Shown in pieces: positions 1 to 11,900 of a DNA stretch of 64,000 nucleotides (positions are counted from its first letter, which is position 1; the number at the start of each line of letters is the position of its first letter). The DNA is from Podarcis cretensis (taxonomy: Eukaryota). The notes beneath the pieces are model-generated. The model did not search any database. It saw only the letters and a list, made by a program, of their open reading frames with translations, and was not told the origin of the DNA. The translations under genes and the position numbers were made by a program. The stretch is from assembly GCA_951804945.1 (NCBI GenBank), contig OX638154.1, forward strand, positions 32,736,001-32,800,000, given 5' to 3'.

Positions 1-1009
1 TCTTCTTTTCTGAGAGTAGCCAGACTGCTCTGTGAAGCAAATGTAACCTTCTGCAGCAGCCTTTAAATGTTAGCAAAAGTGATGGGTAGAATGTTTAAGA
101 AAAGGGGAACAAATAACTTACGCAGTAACCAGTTGGAAAGAGACTACTTGGTTTTTTAAAAAATCTATTATGAATATGGAAGAAATGGAAAATACATTTA
201 ACACCTTAAGTGTGGAATCTAGAAACAAGCTCCCATCAACAGATTAGAAAAGCAAAATATTTCTTCCTGAAAATAGCAAAAAACAAAAACTCTGAAATCC
301 AGGAGAACCAGAAATGTAACACCTTAGGAGCTGGCAGATTTATTGGAATATTAATAAACTGGCCAGTCTCAAATTTTTAGAGAGTTTGGAAACAACAGAT
401 GCTGTTCAAGTGTCCTGACAAGCATTCATTTAAAAATGTATGACAAGATGACAAACTCCTTTAATAAATGTGTCGATTTGCATTGTAACACAAGTAGATT
501 TAGATACATAACAGTGTAGATAAGGAATTAATAAATAATGTGATTTTATCAAATTTAGATCTGACTCAAATAATAATGAGATGGGACATTATAATAGATT
601 GAGTAAGATAAAAATTTTAGGTACTAGGGTAAGATCAAGTATCAGCAAGGAGGTGTTTTCAAAGCAGAGCTGCAAGACAAGGATGAAATCCTATTGAGTC
701 CGTATGATGGCAGCATCTTTTAAATAAGTGGATAGTCTGACAGAATTAGATATGGGGCAAATCTGTAAATCTAGTTAATACCATATGTGATCTTGATGAT
801 GTGTTACATAGGGACCACTCAGCTATTAGCAGGAGGCTTCCAAGATGTTTAAAGCAGATAAAGCTTTAGGGGCAATTTTAATTATTTTTAAAGCAAAAAT
901 GGATCGCCATAAGACAGTTATGCAACTTCTAGATTATATCAAGTATTTGCTCTGGAAATTTTATGCTTCTCAGGTGAGTAATTTCAGAACAGTAGCAGTG
1001 TTTGGAATT

Positions 1010-1214
1010 AGATTAAGGTGGGTAGCTGTGTTGGTCTGACGCAGTTGAAATAAATTAAAAAATTGTCCAGTAGCACCCTGGAGACCAACTAAGTTTGTTC
1101 TGGGTATAAGCTTTCGTTGCATGCACACTTCAGATGGTATCTGAAGAAGTGTGCATGCACACAAAATCTTATACCCAGAACAAACTTAGTTGGTTTCTAA
1201 GGTGCTACTGGACA
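1010..1214. mobile_element. Palindromic Penelope-like-element-derived mini insertion, copy 1
   Basis: Inverted arms 1063-1215; 13-bp TSD AGTGTTTGGAATT (997-1009, 1215-1227); degenerate hammerhead core. Confidence 0.75.
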
Positions 1215-1486
1215 AGTGTTTGGAATTGTGCTGAAAAAAAGCTTGATAGTGTGAAAGTTATACCTGGGTGCACAACAAAACCATATTAAGAGTTCCATAG
1301 AATAGCCAAGTCCCAAGCTTGCAACTTGTATGAATATTTTACTCTGCCCAACTCTTTGAAGCCTTTGCAGTGCTACAATTAAATTCACATATAAATCAGT
1401 ATTTGGGGGTGGCAAAATGCATATGAGCAAGTCCTGTCAACCTGCATTTCACTGTTTGTAGCACTTTCACATCTGTTCAGGTTCAT

Positions 1487-1492
1487 TTTATT
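1487..1492 (-). terminator. Candidate MMP24 polyadenylation signal
   Basis: Minus-strand AATAAA ~2.5 kb after stop; would imply a long 3'UTR; not verified. Confidence 0.3.
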
Positions 1493-2929
1493 AATAGTGA
1501 TTGCATGCAAACCACACACAATTTACTGAGGTTTATGTTGGTTCACAGAAGCAACTCCTTGCATGCACTGCTAAAAGTCAACATGGCCTATCTAAAAACC
1601 ATGCTTGCCATCCTCCCCTGAGTTGATACTTAATCAATAGCTGCAAAAAAGGCAAAATGCTGTAGCACCTTACAGACTGCCTTTTTGTGGCATAAGCTTT
1701 CAAGGCAACATCAAATGTATTAAGTGTATCGGCTTTTAAGTATGACATGGCTTCGCTTTTCTAAACTTTCACCTGAAAGTGAAGGTAATATAAGGGAAGT
1801 ATCTTCTAGTTACTGTTACATGCTGAAACTGGGACAATCCAGTGTCTCACCCATAATACCAATTTGATGGATTTGGGATAGTTGTGGGAGAGGGAAGGGA
1901 ATGGAAACCCCACCTTGAATAGTTCATGATTTTTGCCCCAATTTGAGGGGGTGGAAAGCCTAGAGTGGATGTGCAGACTACAGTCAGTGGACATGGGATA
2001 AGCACCTCTCCTCACAAGTGGACCCTGCATCTCCATTATTTTGGCATAAAAAAGGTTGGGATCAGGCCACTAGCAGAACAGACACAGTTGGCAGAATGGA
2101 TTGTCCCATCTCAAAATCAAGTCCAGAGGATTGGGGAACCCTTCATAGCAGATTTTGGGGAAATTTAGGAAAGGAAGGTCTCTGTGATGTTGGGTGTTGT
2201 CCTAAAGAGTTTTGGCAACATGAACTTGTGATAATGAAAATAAAAATTAAAACCCCAAAAGGTTTTTCTCTTATTACATTCCTATACCGTAATTTCCAAT
2301 AGGTCTCTAGCATAACAGCAAGTAGAGAATCTCCTGAAAAGGCAAAAAAGATTGATGTCTTGCCAACAGGAATGACAAAAATATACTGCATCAAAATAAA
2401 CCACCTTGGTTTGTCTAGCCTATGAATAAACCAGAAATACTTAGTTTTTATACCTACCTGGAAAGCAGAGTTGGATAGTTTCTACCAGGCCATCAAGAGC
2501 ACAACTAGTGAATGCCATCCGCTGTAGTAGCCTAAAAGATACGTGCAGCTTTCTCTCTTGTTTTAAAGATACATGTGGCACACCAAGATCGTTTAAGCAC
2601 CGATACTATAAAATATTGCAATTTACTTTATACATTTTGGAGAATTTGTCAGATTAAAGTTTTTAAATTGCAACCTTTAGGATAACCTCCCACTCATGAT
2701 TAAGTGTCTCTTGAATAAACAAATCAGATTTTAAAAACATGAATTTCCTTTTAAATGCCACTCCTTTCCTGCACTACTGCAACTACAGTTCTCATCATAA
2801 TATTGTTAAAGAATATCAAGCATCCTAATGTACATGCCACTTGGCCTCCATTTATAAAAGAAAAAGGATCAAGGGGACTTGTATTTGCAAAGTACCATAT
2901 ACAGTATCAAAGGTGGTATGTTTCCGAGT

Positions 2930-3047
2930 GCCAATCACTGGGGAACCTGCATGTCCTTGTGGCTTGCATCTGGTTGGCCACTGTAAGAACAATGTTGGGC
3001 TGGATGGACCTTTGGCCTTATTCAGCAGGAGCCTTCTTACATTCTTA
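2930..3047 (+). mobile_element. CR1-type 3' fragment in putative MMP24 3'UTR
   Basis: ggttggccactgt...ctggatggacctttggcc...cttcttacattctta; related to 18430-18590 (minus) and 61010-61160 (plus). Confidence 0.5.
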
Positions 3048-3990
3048 AATATCACAGAATTTGCCTTTAATCTTATAATGGTAACAATTAATTTATTGTT
3101 GCCAACTTAAAATAGTGGTAATATGACATTTAAATATTTAGTACATGACAGGTTCTTAAAAACAAAGAGTTTTAAGGGCTGCATTCATGTTAGTGTTCAA
3201 ACCCAATTGCTTAGTCTTGCAGACTGGTTGTATTCACAAATTTCGGTTCCTAGTTGCTGTTGTGATTTGATCTGGCTTTAGAGCTGTTTGAAGTCGTGGT
3301 CTACACAGAATTATCTCCTAAGAGCTCTTTATGTGTGTCTGCCATTGCAGAGTGGGAACATCAGCTAATTACCATGAATGTACAAAACATCTGACCAGCA
3401 GGTATTGGAAAAAAACGGTATCCAGGTAATTGCCTGGTTCCTGTAATAAATTAAAATATTTCAGAATGACTCAGCCTCAGAATGTCTTCTTCAGAAGGTC
3501 CTGAAGTGTTCCTTTTGTGTCCCACAGTATTATCTCTCTTTTTGATGAGACAAGTGTAGAAAAAAACAACTTGTTGAGAGGTGTTTGGCTACACTGGCAA
3601 ATGCTGGGTTTGAAAGAGGGCACTGAAGAAGATTGCTCGGGTGAGTTGAAAAAAGGTTGAAGCAAACTCCTCTTGAGGTCTCTGACACTCACTGAGTGGG
3701 TTGGTGAAAAATGTCACACCAAGACATACACGGCACTGAGGCAGTCAGTCAGAAGGAAAGCGGCTCCACCGTGCAAGGCCACCTGGGTTTAATTGAATTT
3801 TGTTCCTGTTCTTTCAGTCCCAGAATTCTCTCTGACTCATCTAAGTCTCTTGAAGAGTTATGTATGTTTGTTTGGCAGGCTATCCTTCAATCTCCCCCTT
3901 TTTCAAAATGTCTGCAGCCTGTTGCCACCATCCTCAATAGTCGTCTAAGTCTTCTTCCATCTTGTCAGCCCCAACGAGCTGGTGAGCCTG

Positions 3991-4328
3991 TCATACCCAC
4001 TCTTGTACGGGTCGTCTGTAATAGGTCACGCTTTGCTGGACCTCTTTGTTCTTGAACTGGAAGATTGTGTATACCAGGACAAGGATACACAGCGATAAAA
4101 TGCAGGGGATCACGACTGCAATTGCATTGACAGTGCTAGGCACATCGTTTATAGTCACCATAATATCCACATCTTCGTGAGAGAGCCGCCGGTCTTTGCT
4201 CCTTTCAACCTCCTTTTGGTTGCAGCCCATCCAGTCTTTGAGGATTGACCTGGGGTATCCCGGCTCCACAGTCAGCCTCTGGTTATCAAACTTCCAGTAT
4301 TCCTTACCTTTATAAAAGTAGGTATAAA
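3991..4328 (-). CDS. MMP24: MMP24 exon 9 (last): end of hemopexin domain, stem, transmembrane helix, cytoplasmic tail, stop
   Basis: ttccag acceptor; FYTYFYKGKEYWKFDNQRLTVEPGYPRSILKDWMGC...VVIPCILSLCILVLVYTIFQF...YYRRPVQEWV*; 338 nt, phase consistent. Confidence 0.97.
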
Positions 4329-4552
4329 CTGGAAAAGAAAACAGATATTATTCCATTCTGTGCCATTCACATATTCTGGAGGTGTGCAGCGAAGAGAAAA
4401 TATTCTGTATATGGCAGGAGTGGTTATGTTGGAAATACAGATGGTTTGTATGATATTTATTGGATAACAGCAGGGAGGGAAATCTATCTTACCCTATGCA
4501 AAGAAAATAACTTTTGCTTCTGTACTTGCATTCATGGGGATAAGAAAAACTG

Positions 4553-4578
<26 letters not shown>
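4553..4578. repeat. (AT)n microsatellite
   Basis: Read directly. Confidence 0.95.
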
Positions 4579-4583
<5 letters not shown>

Positions 4584-4828
4584 AAAAACTCAGATGAAAA
4601 CCAATCAATCACCCAGTTTAGGAAGAATATCATGTGCTATGAAAGAAATATCTGCCTCAAGTTTACTTTGAGGTGGGTGGATACGTGTTATAAGGGCAAG
4701 AAAATGTCCATGACTACATGTGTCTGTAATCTTGTAAATGTTCAGGCTTTAATACAATCTGAATGCAAAGTTCAACACATGGAGGATTATTAAACACTAC
4801 TAAGCTGCTAAATAAGCTTAATACTTAC

Positions 4829-5095
4829 AGCCTTCTTTACTAACAAAAGCTCCTTGCGGGGCTTGTGGGATTCCTTTCCACACAGTGATGGGTTTGGGGT
4901 AGCCGGGATCTGTTGCTCTCTTGTCTTCGTTATACCTCCAATATCGGTCTCCTTTGAAGAAATAGGTTTTGCCTACAGGCTCCCACCTTAAAGCTGTGTC
5001 GATCCCTTCCCGGGGAAGACAGCTGCCCAATTCCACTAGGTTGTGGGGGTACCCTGGCTCTGCAGTCACCTCCTTGAAAACCCAGTATTTATCTC
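4829..5095 (-). CDS. MMP24: MMP24 exon 8 (hemopexin repeats)
   Basis: cctag/gtaagt boundaries; GDKYWVFKEVTAEPGYPH...QAPQGAFVSKEG; 267 nt. Confidence 0.97.
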
Positions 5096-5245
5096 CTAGG
5101 CAAGAAAGCAGCAGAGGAGGGTGGGTAAGACATCTATAATCAGCAACAGTCAATGAGACTTTGCCTTCCTCTGGAACAGGTTTGGGGGACAACAGGAAGG
5201 GGAAGTTCACTCACACAGCATTGGATACAACCTCAAAATGTTTAC

Positions 5246-5384
5246 CTTTAAAGAAAACAAATTTTCCATCAGATCTTTCATAGGCAGCATCAATTTTTGC
5301 AGGGAGCCCTTTCCAGAACTGTTCGATCTGCATGGGGTAGCCTTCTTGCACTCGGTTGTTACGGAGACGCCAAAACCAGCGGTC
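5246..5384 (-). CDS. MMP24: MMP24 exon 7 (hemopexin)
   Basis: ttag/gtaaac boundaries; [46 protein letters not shown]; 139 nt. Confidence 0.96.
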
Positions 5385-6303
5385 CTAAGAGAAAAAGAAG
5401 AAGGGAAAAGAAGAGTCTTGTTAAATGTCTACATCAGATTCCAACATGAAGTGATGAAGTTCATTTTATAATATCACAGCACCCACAGATTTACTAACGT
5501 CAGACATCCCTTTAACTTTCAGATCACTCAGTGTTCCTCTCAGGCAGAATTAGACTCCTCCTCTGCTTTGTTATCTTATATTCGCCACCAGTCATAAAAA
5601 AACCAGTTTTACTAAGCAATAACTGACACCTCAAAAAAAGAGTGCCACTAACTGCCACCTCCAAAAGCTGTAATTTCCTGCCCTGCTCAGAACTTCTTTC
5701 GCTATTCCTGCGACCAAATCATTACCCCAGACAAAATAATAGTGTACTTTATTATGTACGATACGTTTAAACATGATAAACATATGTTTAAAGTCTCAAA
5801 ATAAAATTCAGTAGCAGCACCAGAGTGAATCACAGAGGGATGTGTTCATCTTTTACTCTGAGCAAACCAATGGGTCTACTCTGAGTAAAAGATAATTGAA
5901 TACAATCCAAAGAGTCTCACACATGTCTGATATACACACACTGTTCATTAAGAAGGTAGAATTCTGGAATACTAGAGAAGATTCCTTGATCAGGACAAAT
6001 GCTGAAAACAGGAACTACATCTGCAGAGCTCATTTGGAAGCAAGTGAAAAATTGATACATATTTTTGTCCTAGATTTAAGAAGTTTCACTTAATTTAAGT
6101 GTTACCGAAGGAAACACATTCTTTCAGCTGTCACAACAAACATTCTACTTTATTATCATTTCTTCAGACCAAGACATCTACCAATAAAAAAAACTGCAGA
6201 GATTAAAATACCAAGAAATTTTGGTGGCATTTAATTAATAATACATGCATTTGTAATATATAAAGATTAATGAAAACAGCTTTGACAGGATGATTTTCAC
6301 TAC

Positions 6304-6518
6304 CTTAAAAACAAACATTTCTCCTCTGAAGAGAGCCACAGTATTGAAGTTCCCATCACAAATGTTTGGTTTACTGCCTGGGGTAGAAGGCCTGTCTCCT
6401 AGAGGAGGTCTGGGAGGTCTCGAATGTCTGTCATGCTTTCTTTCTGAAGTAGAATGGATTCTACGAACAGGAAGGGTTGGTAAAGGTCTAGTGGGTTCTA
6501 GTGGCTCAGCAGGTGGGC
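6304..6518 (-). CDS. MMP24: MMP24 exon 6 (Pro-rich hinge, start of hemopexin)
   Basis: ttag/gtagtg boundaries; [20 protein letters not shown]...[22 protein letters not shown]; 215 nt. Confidence 0.96.
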
Positions 6519-6699
6519 CTAAATAATAAAAAAAGAGGGAAGAGAGAAAACTAATTAGCAGCTTGAATATTGTACCCATCATTTGAAAGACCATCACAAA
6601 GCTTGAACACTCCTTCCCATTAAGTTCTCAAAATCCTTCCTTCCACCACAGACATAATCACCATCCTCAACTTGCTGTCAAAATTATTGGCTGTAGATC

Positions 6700-6828
6700 A
6701 CAGAATCATAGAATTGTAGAGTTGGAAGGGATCACGAGGGTTCTCTAGTCCAACCCCGGCAATGCAGGAATCTTTTTCCAATGTGGGGCTTGAACCCAAG
6801 ACCCTGAAATTAAGAGTCTCCTGCTCTC
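6700..6828 (-). mobile_element. Short SINE: tRNA-Lys(CTT)-like head plus CR1-type 3' tail
   Basis: Minus strand agagcaggagactcttaatttcagggtcttgggttcaagccccac resembles tRNA-Lys; ends in ATTCTATG-type repeats. Confidence 0.7.
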
Positions 6829-8824
6829 TCATCCCAATCATGCTCCTACTTTTGTGTAACATCATCTAGCAACAGCACCTGACCTTTGCATTGGAATTGG
6901 CCTGTCCATTTGCCTGGGACCTCATAGTTAATTATTATTAGATCTCTTTCCTACCCTGGACCTCATGGTGGAGGATAGGTAGGAAATCTAATAAATGATA
7001 AGACTCTAACTTGTCCCCAAAGCCACTCTATTTTACTCCTTTGCATCCCAGTACCTCAAAAACTTAATCCAAGAGTCTAACCTAAAGGTTCCCCCCAAGT
7101 AATCTAGGTTTTTAAAGTTCCGCTTGTCTAGGTTGCTGTTTCCAAAATTTGCTGTTGTATCTGCTGTATAGAATATCAGGATCTAAAATCCCAATGAGAG
7201 GTAACTGCTCTCACTGCATAGCAATAAGGCCTTCAGAAGCAACCCTCTGCAAAAGCATACATCAAATTCACATAGTTTATACATATACTTTCTATTCCTT
7301 CGCCACAAACCTTGTAAAGGAATGTCCTATAGCTGGAGTCAGGAGAGGTGTATAAGGTGGAAGTGGCTATTTTCAGGTGGTGAACAGTAGGAGCCAGCTC
7401 CAGATTCTGCATTGGCAATCTAGCCAGCCCCTGGTACTCTTGAGCTAACTGAGACTAGGCATTAAGGTCATATGTTGGTGGTTCAACTGCACTAACTCCT
7501 ACGTCAAAGTGCCAGTTTGGGTTTTTAAAGCTCTTCGCAACTTGGGGCTAGGGTACCTGAAGGACTGCCTGTCTCCACATGTTGGTTGTAATCTATTATT
7601 TGTTTTCCTTATTCTTCAACATCCAAAAGACAGCAGAACTGGCTGCCAGGGGGAAAACCTTCTCGGTGATGACATCCTGACAGTGGAACACTCTTCATCT
7701 TTACTGAGTTCTCATTTTTATGCTGCTTCTCATGTCGTAATCACTGAGGTATTAGAAACCCTCACAAATTAGTTTTTTTGGAACACTGTTACATGGTACC
7801 AGCACCACAATATCCCATTGGAAGGGTGTGGCCTTGCAGCAAGTAGGATAACACTGAAAGGGAGAGCTCTTTTCATGGCTCGTGTGTGTGTGTTTGTGTG
7901 TTTTGCTGCTCTTCTCTTCATTGTTATTTTAAGGGGGTGGTTGTCAGTAAAGATGTGTGTTCCAGTACTGGAAAGGGGGAGTCCATAGAACTACATGGAA
8001 ACAGAAAAAGGAGGCAAAGAATCAAACAGTGGCAGAGTGTTGCTGTGGGAGAAAGGGCAGCATCGCTGGAATTGGCACTATATAAATGATTTCATTTTAA
8101 AATCTGGCTAAGAATTCCTTTCCGTATTGATATTGCAGTCTGAAATACTTCTTAAAATGCTGACAGTTTGGGGGAAGGGGGAGGGAGTAAAAGAGGAAGA
8201 TTGAACACTGAAATATTTGTCAGACTTGAGCAACTATTCTACTAGTTGGTTATACTCACAACAGTTGTGCAGGATGGAAATGGAATATTACCAGTCAGCA
8301 GCATATTACAGTAGGGGGGAAATGCAATTTCCCCATGCAATTACAAGGGAAAGTCACTTCATATGCATCCTGCTCAGTGACCTGTTCATTGCTCACAGTG
8401 AACATCTGGAAAGGCCTCAAGGTTCCCTGATGACAGTATTCTAAGAGTGCCCTGTTTATCAGTTACCAAGATGCAAGACATGGGAAGAGGCAGTTTTCGG
8501 TGACTGCCTTTCAGCTTTGGAATTCAACATTGTTTTTACTGCAGTGTGTCAAACCCAGACCCTGATCATTTTCCTGAAGAGGTTTATTTACACGAACAAT
8601 TGATTGGTAATGAAAAATAAGTGGGAGTTATTTTAAGGGCGCTTTCCCTTGCTATAAGCTTTATTTAAAAAACAAAAACATGGGCACAGTCACCACATGC
8701 CCACACATCCCAGATAAATATATACATCTGTATATTTCAGTAACTTAAGTTGCCTGAGCTTATGGGAGGCGATGAGGAATTGGCATCCTGCCAATGGCAA
8801 TTAATAAACCAGGTTCCATCTTAC

Positions 8825-8986
8825 CATAGATCTTCTGGATTCCTTGAAGGTCATCCTGTGGTAACTTAAAGTTGTGCGTTTCCATATATTGATAAAAAGG
8901 AGCCATGATGGCACTGGGGTCATTGGAGTGCTCAAGGCCTAGGGCATGGCCCAGTTCATGCACCGCAACGAGAAAGAGGTCATTTC
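8825..8986 (-). CDS. MMP24: MMP24 exon 5 (catalytic zinc-binding motif and Met-turn)
   Basis: [31 protein letters not shown] (HExxHxxGxxH); gtag/gtaaga boundaries; 162 nt. Confidence 0.98.
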
Positions 8987-11900
8987 CTACAGAGACAAGA
9001 TGTTACAAGCATCAGTGTCAACATCCATAGGGTGTTAAAAACATTAACAAACAAGCTTAACAAAATTCTAAAGAAGAAGATAAAGCAGTTTATCCAACAA
9101 CTATAGAGGCTCAGCAGGAATACTTTTAAAAATAAGTCTTGCAATGCACCTGGTCTAATTAGATGAACATCAGATGCAGTAGCTGGTGCATTGCAACTGG
9201 TAAGAGTATGACCAGGAAGTCCCTGGTTCATATTTATGGTATAACATTCATCTTTTAAGGCACCAACAGATTCTTTGTGGTCCGCTAAATATAATGTGAA
9301 AGGAGTTTGCAAAAGACTGTTGACAATGTGTAATTAAACCAGCAAAAGAGACAATGACTGAATCACTCTGCAAAATTGAGAGAATATATTTTGAGAAGTC
9401 AGAGAGAGAGAGAGAGAGAATATATAAAACCTCAGTCTAAAGACGTATGCCCCAGATTCAATTAACTGTTTGATCAGCATCTTAAAAGTAAAATATGTAG
9501 CACTGGGCTTTTGGAGTTTAGGGAAAGTGATGACTAGAAGCTAATGAGAGTCAGAACAGCATCAAAATAAGGGAGGCAAAAATGCATCCCAGACATGCCC
9601 TTTCTTGCATCAAATGGCTTTGTTGCTCAATGACATCTCATGAAGCAAAGGACTGAGGCAAAGGGTATTAAAAGTTTTGTGGCTATGGATTTTGGAATTC
9701 TGTTTTTCAGTACAAAATTGTGCCTTTAAAAAATCAATTTGGAGTCTTGGGATCAGAGCAAATAAAATCAAATAAACAGTTACAAACAGTACAACAGTTT
9801 CATTTGCAAATCGGGAGGACTGATTCTTATCAACATGGAAATGGATGTCCTCAAAGAGTGATGGGTGGTTAGCGGTCAAAACAGGAGTAATCTGATAAAT
9901 AAAGACAAGGTTATTAAACAAGTAGGCCATAAAATAAATCACATGTGTGGTTGAGAGTAATGACAACAAAACCATGATTATTTAAAGTAAAATGTGGCTG
10001 ATCCTAATCTGTCTATAACTGCCCTACTTTGTTATTAAACTGAGAATTAAGCTTTGCCAGCATGGCAACAATATTATTAATGAGACACACTTCATTTATT
10101 TCAGTTCTGTAAGTTGAAAATAAGTGAAAGGCAGTCCTAACCGTGTAGCAGCACATTGAAAAGTAAGAGAAATGAAACAAACATGTGACCGGGGTCTAAA
10201 CAAGTAGGAATGACAGAAGGGAGATAGTTTTAATACGATGGCAAAGATTAGATGAGCCCCTTTAATAGGATAGCAAAGCAGATAATATAGCAAAGTAGAT
10301 AAAAGAAAGTGGATAGAATGTTGAAATGGTTTCATCCACTTAAGTCAGTTTTTTTCTGTTGTAATAGCTGCCTGATTTTCAGAAAGGCAACAGAGGAGAG
10401 TTCTAAGAGCAGATCTTAAAACAACCTGAGAAATCAAAATTGTTTTGGAAATGCAAAAAAACTGATGTGTCCTCTGAAAGGTGCGGTAAGGTCTGAAGAA
10501 AAGCTCCTAATTTAGTATAGCGTCAAGACATAGGCATTTATTTTGTCACTAGTGACTGTCCTTTTTAGTTCTTGCAGTATAATGTTTGAATAAAGTACAG
10601 TTGCTATCTGAATTTAGGGTATGACAGCAAAATGTGGAACAGCCTTATCTAAATCATGTGGTGTGGTACCCAATGAAATCATACTAAGAATAGACTCCCT
10701 AACATCAATGGACTTCTCCAAGTATAGTTTGGGGGTGTTGACATTACTGGCTCAGACTGCAGTGAGTGTCTGTGCATTTCACGGCTCTCCCCCTTCCCCA
10801 ACGCCACCCCAACTGTTCACATTAGCACAGCTTCATGACTTCATTTGTTTCAGATTTGTATGCCAAGGTGTTTCACAGCTTGGCTAGAGATGAATTAGGA
10901 ATGACTTAAGGAGTCCAGATGGAGAGAGGTTGATTTGAGAAAAAACACACCAGACAGTAATATTTCATGGCAAAGCACAGGATACGAATGCATTTTGGAT
11001 AATGCCACGTGAACATGGAATTACAGCCTAGCACCAGAAACATAGTGAGTGCTGAGTAAATGGTTCACACAGCCTTAGTTAGGATACCACCCCCAGTCAA
11101 TAGTCCTTGGGGCATTATGGGTGAAGCAAAGCCATCTTGAGTTACAGCAAGGCTGCGGAGGCCCAGGATTTCTCTGTACCCAATTGTTCATGAGAAGCTA
11201 ATAATCCATTAAATGACTGGTTTGTGTAATAGAACAATTTTGTTGCAGAGCACCTGGAGCCCCTAATTACACACTGGGCTTTTCATGCTTTTCACCACCT
11301 TTCAAAAGTACAAAGTGATCCAGAATTCATCTCAGGTCACCAGCAGTCAGGTTAATCAAATAAATCTCTATACCTGCCACACCAACAACAGCCTGCATAT
11401 ATATATTTATATAAAATCAATGCAAATGTCAATGCCCAGGATTCAGCCTGCTGTGGATCTAGGTCCAGGACCATCAAAATCTGCATTATACCGCGTGAGA
11501 CCATTGTTCCATCTAGTTTGGCTTCACTGACTGCTCTCCAATATTTCCAGCAGGAGTCTGTACCAGCAGAACCTGGAGCTGTTTTACCACTGAGCTACAG
11601 CCCTTCCCTGTATGTTTGGCTGTATAGCTGATGGAAGCAGTGGGGGCTAAAGAAGTATGATTTGGTAATCAGTATAATTTTCAAAGCAAGGGAGAAAGGG
11701 ACTTCACTGCCAGTTTTGAAAGGATATCATTTGAGGAAACTGAGGACAAGGGTTCACCTGCCTGGGATACAGATTTTGAAAGTCTACTTTATTATGGGTG
11801 GGGGTGCCACCTCTGTCTCAACCAGGATGGCATATAGGAGTTAACCAATGCACTTAAGAACTCTGAATTTGTAGTTTATTTTGCTGTGCAGTTGTTCCAT

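Noticed and set aside
1-996. A-rich segment possibly a decayed LINE ORF2
   Set aside because: No diagnostic motif could be read; cannot support a call without a profile search
1063-1215. Long hairpin as a pre-miRNA
   Set aside because: TSDs and a second dispersed copy show it is a mobile element; no known miRNA recognised
6770-6828. tRNA-Lys-like sequence as a tRNA gene
   Set aside because: 5' part missing, mutated, fused to a CR1-like tail; it is a SINE head
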